Counted from the stretch's first letter, positions 18,357 to 31,453 are shown. The stretch is 64,000 nucleotides of DNA from Bdellovibrionota bacterium (GCA_041740355.1 JBGSMD010000038.1:96001-160000), one strand, 5' to 3'. The notes: a model not told the origin generated them from the letters alone. A program made the numbers and translations.

Positions 18357-19046
18357 ATGAGTACAGAAGGGAAAGACATCAACGCACAAGCGCCTGTAAC
18401 CGAAACGGGGAAGGTAGAGGCTGTAGCTCCTAAAAAAAGAACAGTTAAGGACATTGTTAGTTCTGAAGTTCGTAGACGCTCAAATGCCAAGAAAAAAATT
18501 GCTGATCCGAATATTCGCCTAGAGTGGTATATCGTTCAGGCTTATGCAAATTTAGAAAATAGAGTGATGCAGGCAATTAAAGACCGCATCGAGAAAGAAG
18601 GGTTAAATGACTATTTTGGGGAAGTTAAAGTTCCACAAGAAGAAGTTGTTGAGTTAGTAAAAGGTGAAAAACATAAAGTAAATCGTAAGTTTTTCCCAGG
18701 GTACATTTTAGTGCAAATGCATTTAAATGATGAGACTAAACACTTAATCAACAACACTCCTAAAGTCGTAGGTTTTGTTGGTGACGCTCATAATCCAATG
18801 CCGATGAGCGAAGTAGAAGTAGAAAATCTGATGACTCAGATGGAAGAAGGTTCCACAGCATTAGCTGGTAACTTAAGTTTTGAAGTTGGTGATACTGTTA
18901 AGGTGACGGAAGGACCGTTTATCGATTACATGGGTACGATTGAAGAAGTTAAAGCTGATAAAGCTAAACTACGCGTACTATTCAGTATCTTCGGAAGAGC
19001 TACTCCAGTGGAGTTAGATTTTTACCAAGTACAAAAGCAAATATAG
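18357..19046 (+). CDS. nusG: Transcription termination/antitermination factor NusG with an N-terminal extension
   Basis: WYIVQ, RKFFPGYILVQM, GPF, IFGRATPVELDF. Confidence 0.96.
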   Translation: MSTEGKDINAQAPVTETGKVEAVAPKKRTVKDIVSSEVRRRSNAKKKIADPNIRLEWYIVQAYANLENRVMQAIKDRIEKEGLNDYFGEVKVPQEEVVELVKGEKHKVNRKFFPGYILVQMHLNDETKHLINNTPKVVGFVGDAHNPMPMSEVEVENLMTQMEEGSTALAGNLSFEVGDTVKVTEGPFIDYMGTIEEVKADKAKLRVLFSIFGRATPVELDFYQVQKQI

Positions 19047-19115
19047 TCCCGTTGGGAATGTATCAATAGTTTTTAAGCTTGTTCGCAAGCGAAAAGTTTT
19101 TTTTAGAAAATTAAA

Positions 19116-19544
19116 ATGGCTAAGAAGGAAGTAACCAAAGTAATTAAATTACAAATCGAAGGTGGAAAAGCTAATCCAGCTCCACCAATTGGTCCAGTGT
19201 TAGGTCAAAATGGTGTTAACATCATGGATTTTTGTAAACAGTTTAACGCTGCTACTCAAAAAGACACAGGTGTAGTGATTCCAGTTGAGATTTCAGTTTA
19301 TAAAGATCGCTCATTTACTTTTATTTGTAAGACTCCACCAGTTTCTTATCTTTTAAAAGAAGCTGCCAACATTAAGAAAGGTTCTTCTATTCCAAACGCA
19401 GATTTTGTTGGAAAAGTTACTAAAGCACAGATTCGCGAAATTGCAGTCAAGAAACTTCAGGATTTAAATACTGAAAATGTTGATTCTGCTTATAATTCTG
19501 TTGCTGGAACTGCTCGTAGTATGGGCATTAAAGTAGTTGATTAA
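19116..19544 (+). CDS. rplK: 50S ribosomal protein L11
   Basis: [19 protein letters not shown]. Confidence 0.98.
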   Translation: MAKKEVTKVIKLQIEGGKANPAPPIGPVLGQNGVNIMDFCKQFNAATQKDTGVVIPVEISVYKDRSFTFICKTPPVSYLLKEAANIKKGSSIPNADFVGKVTKAQIREIAVKKLQDLNTENVDSAYNSVAGTARSMGIKVVD

Positions 19545-19569
19545 AGATATTGTTTATAGAGAGTAAGTT

Positions 19570-20265
19570 ATGGCTAAGAAAGGAAAAAGATATTCAGCTC
19601 AGGTTGCCAAAGTAGAAGAGTTAAAACTTTATGGTTTAAACGATGCCTGTGCGCTTGTTGCTTCAACTGGTAGTGCCAAGTTTGATGAAGGTGTTGATGT
19701 CGCAATACGTTTAGGGGTTGACCCGCGTAAGGCTGATCAGAACATTCGTGGAAGTGTTGCTTTGCCACATGGTTTAGGAAAGACTATTCGTGTTGCTGTG
19801 TTCGCTAAGGGCGATAAAGCAGAAGAAGCTAAAAAAGCTGGTGCTGATATTGTTGGTGCAGAAGATTTAGCAGAGCAGATTCAAGCTGGTAAAATGGATT
19901 TTGATACACTGATTGCAACTCCTGATATGATGGTGTTGGTTGGTAAAGTAGGTAAGGTGCTTGGGCCACGAGGTTTGATGCCATCTCCGAAAGTAGGAAC
20001 GGTAACAGTTGATGTTGCTAATACAATCAAAGCAGTAAAAGCTGGTATGGCTGAGTACAAAGTTGATAAAGAAGGAGCAATTCATGCTTCTGTTGGTAAA
20101 GCTTCGTTTGGTGCTCAAAAATTACAAGAAAATATTGAAGCTCTGTTCGTTGCCTTGAATCGTGCTAAGCCTCAGACAAGCAAAGGTGTTTATCTGAAAA
20201 GTGCATCAATGTCAGCTACAATGGGACCTGGCGTTAAATTTGATTTGTCTGCATTAAGACAGTAA
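19570..20265 (+). CDS. rplA: 50S ribosomal protein L1
   Basis: [27 protein letters not shown]. Confidence 0.98.
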   Translation: MAKKGKRYSAQVAKVEELKLYGLNDACALVASTGSAKFDEGVDVAIRLGVDPRKADQNIRGSVALPHGLGKTIRVAVFAKGDKAEEAKKAGADIVGAEDLAEQIQAGKMDFDTLIATPDMMVLVGKVGKVLGPRGLMPSPKVGTVTVDVANTIKAVKAGMAEYKVDKEGAIHASVGKASFGAQKLQENIEALFVALNRAKPQTSKGVYLKSASMSATMGPGVKFDLSALRQ

Positions 20266-20297
20266 TAAAATAAGTAAATTTTAGTGGAGAGACAATT

Positions 20298-20837
20298 ATG
20301 AAATCTCATAGTGATAAAGTTGGTGATTTAGCGTTTGTAGAAGAGTCTTTTGATAACTCACAAATCGCTTTCTGCGTAGACTATCTTGGATTAACAGTTA
20401 AACAAGTTACAAGCTTGAGAGTTCAACTTAACGAAGTTGGAGCAGAGGCCAAAGTAGTGAAAAATACTTTAGCTAAATTAGCAGCTACAAAATGTTTTAA
20501 AGAAAGCTCACAAGCAGACTTAGAAAAGTTTAATAATCTTTTCGCAGGCCCGACAATGCTTGTCTTCGGGAAAGAAGATGCCGTGAGTTCAGCAAAGGTT
20601 ATTGCCAAGTTTGCTAAAGAAAATGAAAAGTTATCGATTAAAGGTGGTTGGTTTGCTAACAAATTTATCGATGAAACAGGCGTTGAGGCGGTATCTAAGA
20701 TGCCATCTCGCGAAGAGGTCCTTGGGCAGTTATTAGCTTTAATAAATACTCCTGCTACACAATTGTTGAGATTGATGAATACACCAGCTCGACAAATAGT
20801 ACAGGTTATTGAAGCCCAAAGACAAAAGTTAAGTTAA
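20298..20837 (+). CDS. rplJ: 50S ribosomal protein L10
   Basis: DYLGLTV, VVKNTL, MPSREE; position between rplA and rplL. Confidence 0.96.
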   Translation: MKSHSDKVGDLAFVEESFDNSQIAFCVDYLGLTVKQVTSLRVQLNEVGAEAKVVKNTLAKLAATKCFKESSQADLEKFNNLFAGPTMLVFGKEDAVSSAKVIAKFAKENEKLSIKGGWFANKFIDETGVEAVSKMPSREEVLGQLLALINTPATQLLRLMNTPARQIVQVIEAQRQKLS

Positions 20838-20891
20838 TTATCCCAAAGGGTAATAAAGTTTTAGAATTGATTTTTTATTAGGAGTAAAAAA

Positions 20892-21272
20892 ATGTCTGAA
20901 GTAACTCGTGATCAAGTTGTTGATTACATCAAAGGTATGTCTCTATTAGATGCTGCGGATCTAGTTAAGACTTTAGAAAAAGAGCTTGGTGTTAGTGCTG
21001 CTGCTCCGGTTGCTATGATGGCTGCTGGTGGTGGAGCTGCTGCTGAAGCTGCTGAAGAAAAAACAGAATTCGACGTAGTTCTGGAAGATGGTGGTGCTGA
21101 GCGCGTCAAAGTAATTAAAGTTGTACGTGAAGTCACTGGTTTAGGCTTAAAAGAAGCTAAAGACCTTGTTGATAATGCTCCAAAACCAGTAAAAGAAGCT
21201 TGTTCTAAAGCAGATGCAGATGAGATCTTGAAAAAGATTACTGAAGCAGGCGGTAAAGCTACTATTAAGTAG
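20892..21272 (+). CDS. rplL: 50S ribosomal protein L7/L12
   Basis: [27 protein letters not shown]. Confidence 0.98.
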   Translation: MSEVTRDQVVDYIKGMSLLDAADLVKTLEKELGVSAAAPVAMMAAGGGAAAEAAEEKTEFDVVLEDGGAERVKVIKVVREVTGLGLKEAKDLVDNAPKPVKEACSKADADEILKKITEAGGKATIK

Positions 21273-21274
21273 GT

Positions 21275-21308
21275 AAAATCCCAACTGTACTTGCTACAGT
21301 TGGATTTT
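21275..21308 (+). terminator. Hairpin after rplL (possible terminator/attenuator before rpoB)
   Basis: AAAATCC-CAACTGTA-cttgc-TACAGTTG-GATTTT. Confidence 0.5.
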
Positions 21309-21830
21309 AACCCCATTAAGTCGTGCATTCCTAGCTATTTACTTATATAAGTAAAAAGTCTAGGATGCGCTTCTTAAATTCTGACCAACTTAAACCATAG
21401 CAACAAGTATTTTGACAACTGATTCTTATATAACCTTAAGTAATAAGGTAAGACTATATTTTTGTTAATCCGTTAACTGTTTTGTTCAGTGACGGCTTTT
21501 TGTGTTTTGTTGGTTAGAATTTTGAAAACGTAATCGTTTTCAAAAAGTCAAAAATATTTTGGCTTAATAAGTAATGATACTGTGATGCGTTTTCCTTTAG
21601 AAATGTTTCACAGTCACTTTGAAAGTGCCTCCAAATACTTTGCTCATTCAAATATTCTTTGGATGTTTATTGCTACTTTTGGCACAAGATTATTCTCGAT
21701 TTAAGAAGTAGGGAAAATATTATCGCTAGATAATAATGCCCTGGTAGAGGTTCAGTCAATCCTCAAATTTCTTAAGGCGTAAGTTTAATCCTACTAACTT
21801 TGTTGTATTGCACATTGGGATTGTTTGATA

Positions 21831-24800
21831 ATGGCCACTAAACTCAAAAATAACTTCCGAGTCCGACGTAATTATTCAAAAATTAAAGAAGCGATCGACG
21901 TACCGCATCTAATCACACTTCAGAGAAAATCTTATGAAACTTTTTTACAGCGAGATGTTGCTCCTGAGAAAAGATCAAACATTGGTTTAGAGAGAGTTTT
22001 TAAAACTATCTTTCCAGTTAAAGACTACAATGATGTCGCTTCTCTAGAATATTCTTCTTACACGATTGGTGAACCTAAGTATGACATTGAAGAATGTCGT
22101 GCGCGTGGTATGACTTGGTCTGCTCCACTGCGAGTGACCATTCAGTTAGTCCTTTGGGACACTGATGCTGATACTGGTGTTAAAAACTTAAGCGCTTTGA
22201 AAGAAGACGAAGTTTACTTCGGTGAAGTTCCGTTAATGACAGACAAGGGTACTTTCATTATTAATGGTACTGAGCGTGTAATCGTCAGTCAGTTACATCG
22301 TTCTCCTGGTGTATTCTTTAACCATGATAATGGTAAGTCTCACGTATCTGGAAAATTACTCTATAATGCTCGCGTTATTCCGTATCGCGGTTCTTGGTTA
22401 GATTTAGAATTCGACGCTAAAGACATTATGCACGTTCGGATTGACCGTCGCCGGAAGTTAAATGCTACTGTTCTTTTAAGAGCAATGGGGATGGCTTCTG
22501 ATGACATTCTTTCTGAATACTACCATTCTGATATTCTAAACTTTGCTAAGAAAGGACTTGTTGTTAAAGACTTCAAGCCAATGCAATTGGAAGGTCAGCG
22601 TTCTTATCGTGATATTAAAATTGATGGTAAAGTTTTAGTTAAAGCTGGCGCTAAGTTTAACCGCGCAATTATCCGCCGATTAAAAGAAGCTAAGCTTGAT
22701 TCAGTTGAAGTTGATCCAGCAGCAGTTGCCGGAATGATTTCAGCTAAAACTATCGTAGAAGCAATTGATGATGTCTTAAATCCCAATAATGACGAAGTTA
22801 TCATGGAAGCAGGGGACCTATTAATAGGTTGGGATGCTGTCATGGATAAATTCGGAATGTTGTTTACAGATTTAGACTATGATGAAGCTCAAGAAATTTG
22901 TGAAAGCTTAAACGTTATTGTTTATGCCGGAGAAGAATTAACAGCAGACAAGGTAAACGCTAAAGGCGAAGTTGTTGAAGCTGGAAATGTTTCTGAATTA
23001 AGAGCTAGAAATATTGACGAAATTGAAGTTCTATACATGGACGATCGCCACATTGGTGATTCTCTGTGGAGAACATTAATGACTGATAAATTGGCTCCAG
23101 AGCGAGATGATTTATATTCAAAAATTATTGGCAAGCCGACAATCGACGCACTAGTCGAGATATATCGTCGCATTCGTCCGGGAGATCCACCCCGCCCTGA
23201 AACTGCCAGTGCTACATTTGATAATTTATTTTTTAGCCCAGACCGTTATGACTTGTCAGAAATTGGTCGCTACAAGCTGAATTTCAAACTTTATATTTCC
23301 CAAGGGAAAGAGGCTCCAGCTGTTGAGCAGGGAACTCTTCATCAACAAGATATTAAAGAAACTGTTCGTTACTTGTTACATCTTCGTACCGGGGCTGACA
23401 CTTACAAATTTCAAGTTGATGATATCGACCACTTAGGTAACCGTCGTGTTCGCGCCGTAGGGGAATTAGTTGAGAATCAGATTTTAGTTGGTCTTGTTCG
23501 AATGGAACGTGCGGCTAAAGAAAGAATGAGCATGCAAGATGTTGATACACTTGTTCCTCAGGATCTTGTTAACTATAAATTGATTGCTGCTGTACTAAAA
23601 GAATTTTTTGGTTCTTCTCAGCTTTCTCAGTTTATGGATCAAGTTAATCCACTTTCTGAAATCACCCACAAACGTCGTCTATCAGCCTTAGGGCCTGGTG
23701 GACTAACAAGAGACCGTGCAGGTTTCGAAGTTCGTGACGTTAACTCCAGTCACTACGGACGAATTTGTCCGATTGAAACACCGGAAGGACCAAACATTGG
23801 TTTGATCTCTTCAATGGCAGTTTACTCTCGAGTAAATGATTTTGGATTCTTAGAGTCTCCATATCGTATCGTTGATGATCAAGGACGTGTAACTGAAGAC
23901 GTAGTTTACCTTTCAGCATTAGAAGAAGAGCGTGAAGTAATTGCTCAAGCTAGTGCTAACATTTTGCCAAATGGTGAATTTGCTGATGATACGACAATCT
24001 GTCGTCGCGCTGGTGATTACTTAATGGCGAACAAAGAAGATGTTACTAAAGTCGACGTTAGTCCTCGTCAGATTGTGAGTGTTGCTGCGGCATTAATTCC
24101 TTTCTTAGAGAATGATGATGCGAACAGAGCCTTGATGGGATCGAACATGCAACGTCAGGCAGTACCATGTCTTAAATCTATGGCTCCACTTGTTGGAACA
24201 GGGATGGAAAGAATTGTTGCGCGTGACTCAGGTTCTACAATTGTAGCTAAGCGTCCAGGTAAAGTAATTACTGTTGATGCTGAGCGGATTGTAATCAAAG
24301 CTGATCGTGCATCTGATGATGCTTTAGACACAGGGGTAGATATCTACAACTTGTATAAGTATCAGCGTTCTAACCAGGATACATGTATTAACCAAAAGCC
24401 GATTGTGCGTGCTGGTGAAAAAGTAACTCGTGGTGAAGTTATTGCGGACGGACCAAGTACAGACATGGCGGAATTGGCTCTAGGTCAAAACGTTGTCGTA
24501 GCTTTCATGCCTTGGAATGGATACAACTTTGAGGACTCAATTTTAATTAACGAAAACTTAGTTAAGAAAGATATCTTTACTTCTATTCACATTGATAGTT
24601 ACGAGTGTTTAGCTCGTGACACGAAGCTTGGAAAAGAAGAAGTAACTCAGGATATTCCAAACATTGGTGAAGATTCATTAAAAAATCTTGACGAATCAGG
24701 GATTGTTCGCGTTGGTACGGAAGTATCTCATGGTGATATCTTAGTTGGTAAAGTAACTCCAAAGAGTGAAACTCAATTAAGCCCAGAAGAAAAACTTTTA

Positions 24801-26300
24801 AGAGCGATTTTCGGTGAAAAAGCCGGTGAAGTTCGCGATACAAGTTTGAGATTACCTCCAGGAGCTGGTGGAACAATTATTGGTACGCAAGTATTTTCTC
24901 GCAAAGGTATTGAAAAAGACGAACGTGCTCTAGCCTTAGAGAAGCAAGAAATTGCCCGTTACGAAATGGATTACCGCGATGAAGTTAACATCATTAAAGA
25001 TGCTGCTGTTGTAGAAGTTGCTGCTTTTTATAAAGGCAAAGTAACTACTGTTAAGTTAGTTGATGATAAGCGTAAAGATTTAATCGCCAAAGGCGAAACT
25101 TTAACTCCTGAAATGTTGATGGAAGTTCCTTTTGAATATTTAAGAGATATTCAAGTAGGTGATGACGCACTTCAAGAAAAAGTTAACTCAATTGTTGTTA
25201 AAACTGGTCAGCTTATTAATAACAAGCGCACAGTTCTACAAGAGAAGATCAAGCGTATTAAAGAAGGTGATGAATTAGCGCCTGGTGTAGTTAAGATGGT
25301 TAAAGTCTTTGTTGCCCATAAACGCAAAATTCAAATCGGGGATAAGTTAGCTGGTCGTCACGGAAATAAAGGGGTTCTTTCCCAAGTTGTTCCGCAAGAA
25401 GACATGCCATACTTGCCTGATGGAACTCCAGTTGATGTTGTTCTAAATCCACTTGGGGTGCCTTCTCGGATGAACGTTGGTCAGATCCTAGAAGTTCACT
25501 TAGGTTTAGCTGCTTGGGAACTTGGTCGTAAACTTACTGAAGTAATCAGTGTAGTTGTTGATCCAATCACTGGTGCTGAGCGTAAAGGTACAACTTCTGC
25601 CGATCGTGAGTCTGTTAACCAACAGCTTCATGCCATCTTTAAAGTTGCTTATGGTGCTGAGCTTTACAATGAAGAGATTGCCAAACTTGGTGACCAAGCC
25701 TTAATTGAACTTGCTCGTAAAGAACAAACAGGAATTCACTTTGCAACTCCAGTATTTGATGCTGCTAAAGAAGAAAGCATTCGCTCACTTCTTAGATTCA
25801 GCGGACATGAAGAGTCAGGTAAGTGTACCTTGTTTGATGGACGAACCGGTGAAGCCTTCGCGGAGAAAGTTACAGTTGGTGTGATGTACATCCTAAAACT
25901 AGATCACTTAGTTGAAGATAAGATGCATGCTCGTTCAATTGGACCTTACTCACTTGTTACGCAACAGCCGCTAGGTGGTAAAGCACAATTTGGTGGACAG
26001 CGTCTTGGGGAGATGGAAGTTTGGGCCTTAGAAGCATATGGAGCAGCTTATTCACTACAAGAATTCTTAACAGTCAAATCAGATGATGTTGCTGGAAGAA
26101 CTAGAATGTATGAGTCCATTGTTAAAGGTGAACATACTCTTGAACCAGGCTTACCGGAATCATTTAATGTAATGATTAAAGAGCTTCAATCTTTAAGCTT
26201 AAACATTGAACTGTTAGAAGGTAACCAAGGACAAACTGCAGTTGTTGCAGATCAAGAAACTGATGACCTGATTGAAAATGTTACTGGCGCAGTTGCCTAA
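21831..26300 (+). CDS. rpoB: RNA polymerase beta subunit
   Basis: [42 protein letters not shown]; ATG 21831 (or TTG 21825). Confidence 0.99.
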   Translation: MATKLKNNFRVRRNYSKIKEAIDVPHLITLQRKSYETFLQRDVAPEKRSNIGLERVFKTIFPVKDYNDVASLEYSSYTIGEPKYDIEECRARGMTWSAPLRVTIQLVLWDTDADTGVKNLSALKEDEVYFGEVPLMTDKGTFIINGTERVIVSQLHRSPGVFFNHDNGKSHVSGKLLYNARVIPYRGSWLDLEFDAKDIMHVRIDRRRKLNATVLLRAMGMASDDILSEYYHSDILNFAKKGLVVKDFKPMQLEGQRSYRDIKIDGKVLVKAGAKFNRAIIRRLKEAKLDSVEVDPAAVAGMISAKTIVEAIDDVLNPNNDEVIMEAGDLLIGWDAVMDKFGMLFTDLDYDEAQEICESLNVIVYAGEELTADKVNAKGEVVEAGNVSELRARNIDEIEVLYMDDRHIGDSLWRTLMTDKLAPERDDLYSKIIGKPTIDALVEIYRRIRPGDPPRPETASATFDNLFFSPDRYDLSEIGRYKLNFKLYISQGKEAPAVEQGTLHQQDIKETVRYLLHLRTGADTYKFQVDDIDHLGNRRVRAVGELVENQILVGLVRMERAAKERMSMQDVDTLVPQDLVNYKLIAAVLKEFFGSSQLSQFMDQVNPLSEITHKRRLSALGPGGLTRDRAGFEVRDVNSSHYGRICPIETPEGPNIGLISSMAVYSRVNDFGFLESPYRIVDDQGRVTEDVVYLSALEEEREVIAQASANILPNGEFADDTTICRRAGDYLMANKEDVTKVDVSPRQIVSVAAALIPFLENDDANRALMGSNMQRQAVPCLKSMAPLVGTGMERIVARDSGSTIVAKRPGKVITVDAERIVIKADRASDDALDTGVDIYNLYKYQRSNQDTCINQKPIVRAGEKVTRGEVIADGPSTDMAELALGQNVVVAFMPWNGYNFEDSILINENLVKKDIFTSIHIDSYECLARDTKLGKEEVTQDIPNIGEDSLKNLDESGIVRVGTEVSHGDILVGKVTPKSETQLSPEEKLLRAIFGEKAGEVRDTSLRLPPGAGGTIIGTQVFSRKGIEKDERALALEKQEIARYEMDYRDEVNIIKDAAVVEVAAFYKGKVTTVKLVDDKRKDLIAKGETLTPEMLMEVPFEYLRDIQVGDDALQEKVNSIVVKTGQLINNKRTVLQEKIKRIKEGDELAPGVVKMVKVFVAHKRKIQIGDKLAGRHGNKGVLSQVVPQEDMPYLPDGTPVDVVLNPLGVPSRMNVGQILEVHLGLAAWELGRKLTEVISVVVDPITGAERKGTTSADRESVNQQLHAIFKVAYGAELYNEEIAKLGDQALIELARKEQTGIHFATPVFDAAKEESIRSLLRFSGHEESGKCTLFDGRTGEAFAEKVTVGVMYILKLDHLVEDKMHARSIGPYSLVTQQPLGGKAQFGGQRLGEMEVWALEAYGAAYSLQEFLTVKSDDVAGRTRMYESIVKGEHTLEPGLPESFNVMIKELQSLSLNIELLEGNQGQTAVVADQETDDLIENVTGAVA

Positions 26301-26373
26301 ATGCCCTAAGCGTCACTAGGCTTTTAAAGCTTAGTGACGCTTATTAGAAAAGTTATACGAAATAATAAAAACT

Positions 26374-29300
26374 ATGAGCGATATATTTAGCCTTTTTAAT
26401 AAACCGAAAAGCCCAGTTGACTACAGTGCTGTAAAAATCTCATTGGCTGGTCCAGAGATGATTCGCTCTTGGTCTAGTGGTGAAGTAACAAAGCCTGAAA
26501 CTATCAACTACCGTACATTAAAACCGGAACGTGATGGTTTGTTTTGTGCGAAAACTTTTGGTCCAGTTAAGGATTATGAGTGTGTTTGTGGTAAGTACAA
26601 AAGACTGCGTCACCGTGGTGTTGTTTGTGAAAAATGTGGTGTGGAAGTTATTGAATCTAAAGTTCGTCGTGAGCGTTTAGGTCACATTGAACTTGCCTGC
26701 CCAGTTGCTCATATTTGGTTCTTAAAAAGCTTACCAAGTCGTATCGGTACAATCCTAGACATTACTCTACGAGATCTAGAGAAAGTACTTTACTTCGAAG
26801 CTTACATTGTTACTGAAGATGGTGACTCTGATTTTGAAATTGGTCAGATTCTTACTGAAAAAGAATTCCGTGATGCTCAAAAAGAAATGGCTAATGGAAC
26901 CGGGGAAGAATTTAAAGCCGGAATGGGTGCAGAATCAATCGAAGTCCTATTAAAGCAATTAAATCTTCAAGAAATGTACGATACCCTTCGTGCCGAAATT
27001 AAAGATGTTACATCTGTAGCTAAGAAGAAGAAATTTGCTAAACGATTAAAAGTTGTCAGCGCTTTCTTAGAATCTGGAAACACACCACAGTCAATGGTAC
27101 TGAAAGTATTACCAGTTATTCCACCAGATCTTCGTCCTTTAGTTCCACTTGATGGTGGACGATTCGCGACAAGCGATCTGAATGATTTATACCGTCGTGT
27201 AATTAACCGTAACAACCGTTTAAAAAGATTAATTACGCTTCAAGCTCCGGACATTATCGTTCGTAACGAAAAGCGTATGTTACAAGAGTCAGTTGATGCA
27301 CTTCTTGATAATGGTCGTCGTGGTAGAACTGTAACTGGTCCTAACAAACGCCCACTTAAATCTTTAAGTGATATTCTTAAAGGTAAGACTGGACGTTTCC
27401 GTCAGAACTTACTTGGTAAGCGTGTTGATTATTCAGGTCGTTCAGTAATTGTAGCTGGTCCTGAACTAAGATTACATCAGTGTGGATTACCAAAGCAGAT
27501 GGCTTTGGAATTATTCCGTCCGTTTATTTATAACAAACTAGAAACTAAAGGTTACGTTGCTACAATTAAAAGCGCCAAGAAAATGGTGGAGCAAGGTAAA
27601 GAAGTAGTTTGGGATATTCTTGATGAAGTTATTAAAGAGCACCCAGTGTTACTTAACCGTGCACCAACTCTTCACCGACTTGGACTTCAAGCATTCGAAC
27701 CAATCCTAGTTGAAGGTAAAGCTATTCGCTTACACCCACTTGTTTGTTTCGCATTTAATGCTGACTTTGACGGAGATCAGATGGCTGTTCACGTTCCTTT
27801 GTCTGTGGAAGCTCAAGTAGAAGCACGAGTGCTCATGATGGCAACTAATAACATTCTTAGTCCGCAAAGTGGTAAGCCAGTTATTCCACCATCTCAAGAT
27901 ATTGTACTTGGACTTTATTACATGTCTCGTATCCGCCCTTTCGCTAAAGGTTCTGGACGAACATTTGCTAATCCAGGTGAGCTTTGGTTCGCTTGGCAGT
28001 CAGGTGAAGTTAATGTTCAGGCAGGTGTGAAATGTAGAATTAACGGAAAGATTGAAGAAACTTCAGTTGGACGAGTTCTTTTCTATTACATGGTACCAGA
28101 TACATTACCTTTCAAATTCTTTAACAGAGATTTGAAGAAAAAAGATCTTACTCAAATGCTTGATGAAGCCTACAGAACAGCTGGTAACAAAGCTACTGTA
28201 ATCTTTGCTGACCGCATGAAAGACATTGGATATCGTTTTGCAACTCTTGCTGGTATTTCGATCGGAATTGACGACATGACAATTCCAGAAAGCAAGCAAA
28301 GAATTCTTGCTGATGCTGATGCTAAAGTAATGGAAATTGATAATCAGTACCAAGAAGGTTTGATTACAATGGGAGAGCGTTATAACAAAGTCATCGATAT
28401 TTGGTCAGACGTAGGGGATAATATTGCTGAAGATATGCTTCAGGGTATTTCTACTGCTGAATTTAAAAATGAAGAGACTGGTGAAATCGTTCGTGGGTCC
28501 TCTTTCAATCCCATTTATGTAATGGCTGACTCAGGAGCCAGGGGTTCTAACCAACAGATTCGTCAGTTGGCTGGGATGCGTGGTTTGATGGCTAAGCCAG
28601 ATGGATCGATTATTGAACAACCGATTAAATCTAACTTCCGTGAAGGATTAACAGTACAACAGTACTTCGTTTCTACTCACGGAGCTCGTAAAGGTTTGGC
28701 CGATACTGCTCTTAAAACAGCTAACTCTGGTTACTTAACTAGACGTTTAGTTCTTGTTGCACAGGATTGTATTATCACTGGTGAAGATTGCGGAACATCT
28801 CAAGGGATTCCTCAAACTGCTTTAATCGAAGGTGGTGAAGAGATTGAATCGTTGACTAACCGAATCTTAGGACGTGTTGCTGCTGAGGACATTTACGATT
28901 CAGTTACTAATGAAGTAATCGTTAAACAAGCTACTGAGTTAGATGAAGTTGCCTGTGATGCTATCATCTCTGCTGGAATTGACAGTGTGATGATTCGTTC
29001 AGTTCTAACTTGCGAATCAAAACGTGGAGTTTGTATTAAGTGTTATGGTCGTGACTTAGGTCGTGGACACATGGTTAATATTGGTGAGCCAGTAGGGGTT
29101 ATTGCTGCTCAATCAATTGGTGAGCCGGGAACACAGTTAACAATGCGTACTTTCCACGTCGGGGGTGCGGCATCTGGTCGTTCAGAGCAATCAACTTTAG
29201 AAGCTCGCTTTTCAGGTAAGGTTAAGTTTGAAGAATTAAAATCTGTAGAAAAGAAAAACGGTGCCATTGTTGTAATGAACCGTAAAGCAGAATTCGTAGT

Positions 29301-30513
29301 TCTTGATGCTCAAGATGGGCGTGAAAGAGAACGCCGTAAATTAGTTTATGGTTCTGTTCTTAAAGTTAAAAATGGTGATGATGTGACTGCCGGTCAGCTT
29401 GTAGCTGAGTGGGATCCGTTTACTATTCCATTATTAACTGACGTTGCCGGACGTATCGAGTGGCAAGATATCAGTGAGCTTACAATGGAAGAGCGTACTG
29501 ATGAAAGAACTGGATTCGCCGAAAGAGAGATCATTCAAGCTAAAGATAAAACTTCTGATTTGAAACCACGGCTTTTAATTCACACTGCTACAGGCGAAGT
29601 AAGAACATACAACTTACCAGTTGGTATTCGTTTAACTGTTGAGCATAATGTGGAAATTGATGCCGGGGATGTTATCGCTAAGCGGGAGAGAGCATCCACT
29701 AAGACTAAAGATATTACCGGGGGTCTACCTCGCGTAGTTGAATTATTTGAAGCTCGTAAACCAAAAGATCCAGCCTTCGTTGCTGATGTTGATGGTACGA
29801 TTGAGTTCGGAGAAGATTTACGTGGTAAGCGACGTCTTTATATTCGCCCAGAATATGGTGATATCGTAGAATACTTAATTCCTAAGAATAAGCATATCTC
29901 TGTGGAACAAGGTGACTTGGTTCGTTCAGGTGATACAATTACAGATGGAGATGAGAATCCACATGATATCTTAAGAATTAAAGGTGTTTCTGCTCTTGCT
30001 GAATACTTAGTAAATGAAGTTCAGCAGATTTATCGCCTACAAGGTGTACGAATCGATGATAAACACATTGAAGTAATCGTTCGTCAGATGTTAAGAAAAG
30101 TTCTAATCACTGATATGGGTGATTCAAACTTCTTAATTGAAGATAACGTGGAAAGAATTCGTGTTCTGGAAGAGAATCAGCGTTTAATTGCTGCTGGTAA
30201 ATCACCAGTTAAATTTGAATACCAATTACTTGGTATTACAAAATCAGCCCTAAATACTGAGTCGTTCATTACTGCTGCAAGTTTTCAAGAAACTACTAAA
30301 GTGTTAACTCAAGCGTCAATCGCTGGTAAAGTTGACCACTTGATGGGATTAAAAGAAAACGTAGTAATGGGTAAATTGATTCCGGCTGGAACAGGAATTA
30401 AAGCTTATAAAAGCAAAGAAGTTTTTGTTGAAGGACAAGAACAAGAACCCGTTGCTGAAGTTAAGCCAAGAATTACTCAAACTTCAATCGAGTCTTTAGC
30501 GGCTTTATTATAA
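26374..30513 (+). CDS. rpoC: RNA polymerase beta' subunit
   Basis: Zn finger [27 protein letters not shown]. Confidence 0.99.
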   Translation: MSDIFSLFNKPKSPVDYSAVKISLAGPEMIRSWSSGEVTKPETINYRTLKPERDGLFCAKTFGPVKDYECVCGKYKRLRHRGVVCEKCGVEVIESKVRRERLGHIELACPVAHIWFLKSLPSRIGTILDITLRDLEKVLYFEAYIVTEDGDSDFEIGQILTEKEFRDAQKEMANGTGEEFKAGMGAESIEVLLKQLNLQEMYDTLRAEIKDVTSVAKKKKFAKRLKVVSAFLESGNTPQSMVLKVLPVIPPDLRPLVPLDGGRFATSDLNDLYRRVINRNNRLKRLITLQAPDIIVRNEKRMLQESVDALLDNGRRGRTVTGPNKRPLKSLSDILKGKTGRFRQNLLGKRVDYSGRSVIVAGPELRLHQCGLPKQMALELFRPFIYNKLETKGYVATIKSAKKMVEQGKEVVWDILDEVIKEHPVLLNRAPTLHRLGLQAFEPILVEGKAIRLHPLVCFAFNADFDGDQMAVHVPLSVEAQVEARVLMMATNNILSPQSGKPVIPPSQDIVLGLYYMSRIRPFAKGSGRTFANPGELWFAWQSGEVNVQAGVKCRINGKIEETSVGRVLFYYMVPDTLPFKFFNRDLKKKDLTQMLDEAYRTAGNKATVIFADRMKDIGYRFATLAGISIGIDDMTIPESKQRILADADAKVMEIDNQYQEGLITMGERYNKVIDIWSDVGDNIAEDMLQGISTAEFKNEETGEIVRGSSFNPIYVMADSGARGSNQQIRQLAGMRGLMAKPDGSIIEQPIKSNFREGLTVQQYFVSTHGARKGLADTALKTANSGYLTRRLVLVAQDCIITGEDCGTSQGIPQTALIEGGEEIESLTNRILGRVAAEDIYDSVTNEVIVKQATELDEVACDAIISAGIDSVMIRSVLTCESKRGVCIKCYGRDLGRGHMVNIGEPVGVIAAQSIGEPGTQLTMRTFHVGGAASGRSEQSTLEARFSGKVKFEELKSVEKKNGAIVVMNRKAEFVVLDAQDGRERERRKLVYGSVLKVKNGDDVTAGQLVAEWDPFTIPLLTDVAGRIEWQDISELTMEERTDERTGFAEREIIQAKDKTSDLKPRLLIHTATGEVRTYNLPVGIRLTVEHNVEIDAGDVIAKRERASTKTKDITGGLPRVVELFEARKPKDPAFVADVDGTIEFGEDLRGKRRLYIRPEYGDIVEYLIPKNKHISVEQGDLVRSGDTITDGDENPHDILRIKGVSALAEYLVNEVQQIYRLQGVRIDDKHIEVIVRQMLRKVLITDMGDSNFLIEDNVERIRVLEENQRLIAAGKSPVKFEYQLLGITKSALNTESFITAASFQETTKVLTQASIAGKVDHLMGLKENVVMGKLIPAGTGIKAYKSKEVFVEGQEQEPVAEVKPRITQTSIESLAALL

Positions 30514-30540
30514 GTAGCTAAAAAAACTCATTGTTCATGA

Positions 30541-30577
30541 AAAGCCAGTTTGGATTTATCTCCAAGCTGGCTTTTTT
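30541..30577 (+). terminator. Rho-independent terminator after rpoC
   Basis: AAAGCCAGTTTGGA..TCCAAGCTGGC followed by TTTTTT. Confidence 0.85.
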
Positions 30578-30664
30578 GTTTTCTCTGTAATTTTGCCATT
30601 TTATAAAGTAAAGCCTAGTTAGTTTTAGTATATTCAAATGATTTTGATGAGGTTAAAATGATAC

Positions 30665-31453
30665 ATGGTTAAATCTTCTTTCTGGGCATTACTAGCTAGT
30701 TTACTACTCTGGTCTTTATCCCTGTACTTTACTAAGCAATTGCCTGCGCCCAGTGAAATAATTAGAAATCTAAAAACTAATCCGAAACAATATTCAACCA
30801 CGGAGCCAGGTTTTGATTTTTCTTATGCTGGTGAGAATTATAATGTGGATCCAATTGCTGATTATGAACTTTATGGATTAGTAGTTAGTCATAATAACAT
30901 TGGTGGTTTTACGGATGCTTATCACACTAGCAAATCTGTTGATTTAAAAGATGCCTGTGTTGTCTGGGGATCTAATTTGATGTCTGATGTTTATCAAAGA
31001 GTTAAATTTACTAGTGGAGCTTGGACTTGTTATTTTAACTTTGATAATAGCCAGGATGCTGGTGATTTTGAGTTAAGCCAAATTTCTAACAATCACTTAC
31101 TTTCCGCTGATCCGACAATTCAAAAGCACATACGAAACTTAAACATTGGAGATCAGATTCACTTGCGAGGCTATTTGGTTAATTATGCGAATTCTAAAAC
31201 TCCAAACCAATTAAGACGATCCAGTACCAACCGAACAGACACTGGAGATGGAGCTTGCGAAGTTTTCTACCTAGATCATTTAAAAGTTTTAAAGGCCGGA
31301 AATCCTTTATGGAATACCATTAGGACTATTACCTATTATGCTAATTATATTTTCGGGTTCCTCTTCTTGGTAACCTTTATTTATTTTGAGCAGTCGCGAT
31401 TTCAGCGGCGGAAGCAACCAGCAAATACTAAAGTCAGATTTAGTCAGTACTAG
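30665..31453 (+). CDS. Hypothetical protein with N- and C-terminal TM segments
   Basis: 262-aa ORF; SNNHL, GDQI.L.GYLV, RTDTGDGACE look like a conserved uncharacterised family. Confidence 0.7.
   Translation: MVKSSFWALLASLLLWSLSLYFTKQLPAPSEIIRNLKTNPKQYSTTEPGFDFSYAGENYNVDPIADYELYGLVVSHNNIGGFTDAYHTSKSVDLKDACVVWGSNLMSDVYQRVKFTSGAWTCYFNFDNSQDAGDFELSQISNNHLLSADPTIQKHIRNLNIGDQIHLRGYLVNYANSKTPNQLRRSSTNRTDTGDGACEVFYLDHLKVLKAGNPLWNTIRTITYYANYIFGFLFLVTFIYFEQSRFQRRKQPANTKVRFSQY

Noticed and set aside
20924-21328. Antisense and overlapping ORFs in the track (e.g. 1103-1291, 20924-21328, 45690-46142, 47601-48017, 50610-50972, 52751-53125)
   Set aside because: Shadow frames of strongly supported genes with no motifs of their own
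26307-26343. Hairpin between rpoB and rpoC as a terminator
   Set aside because: Strong stem but no U-tract; more likely a stability or processing hairpin within the operon
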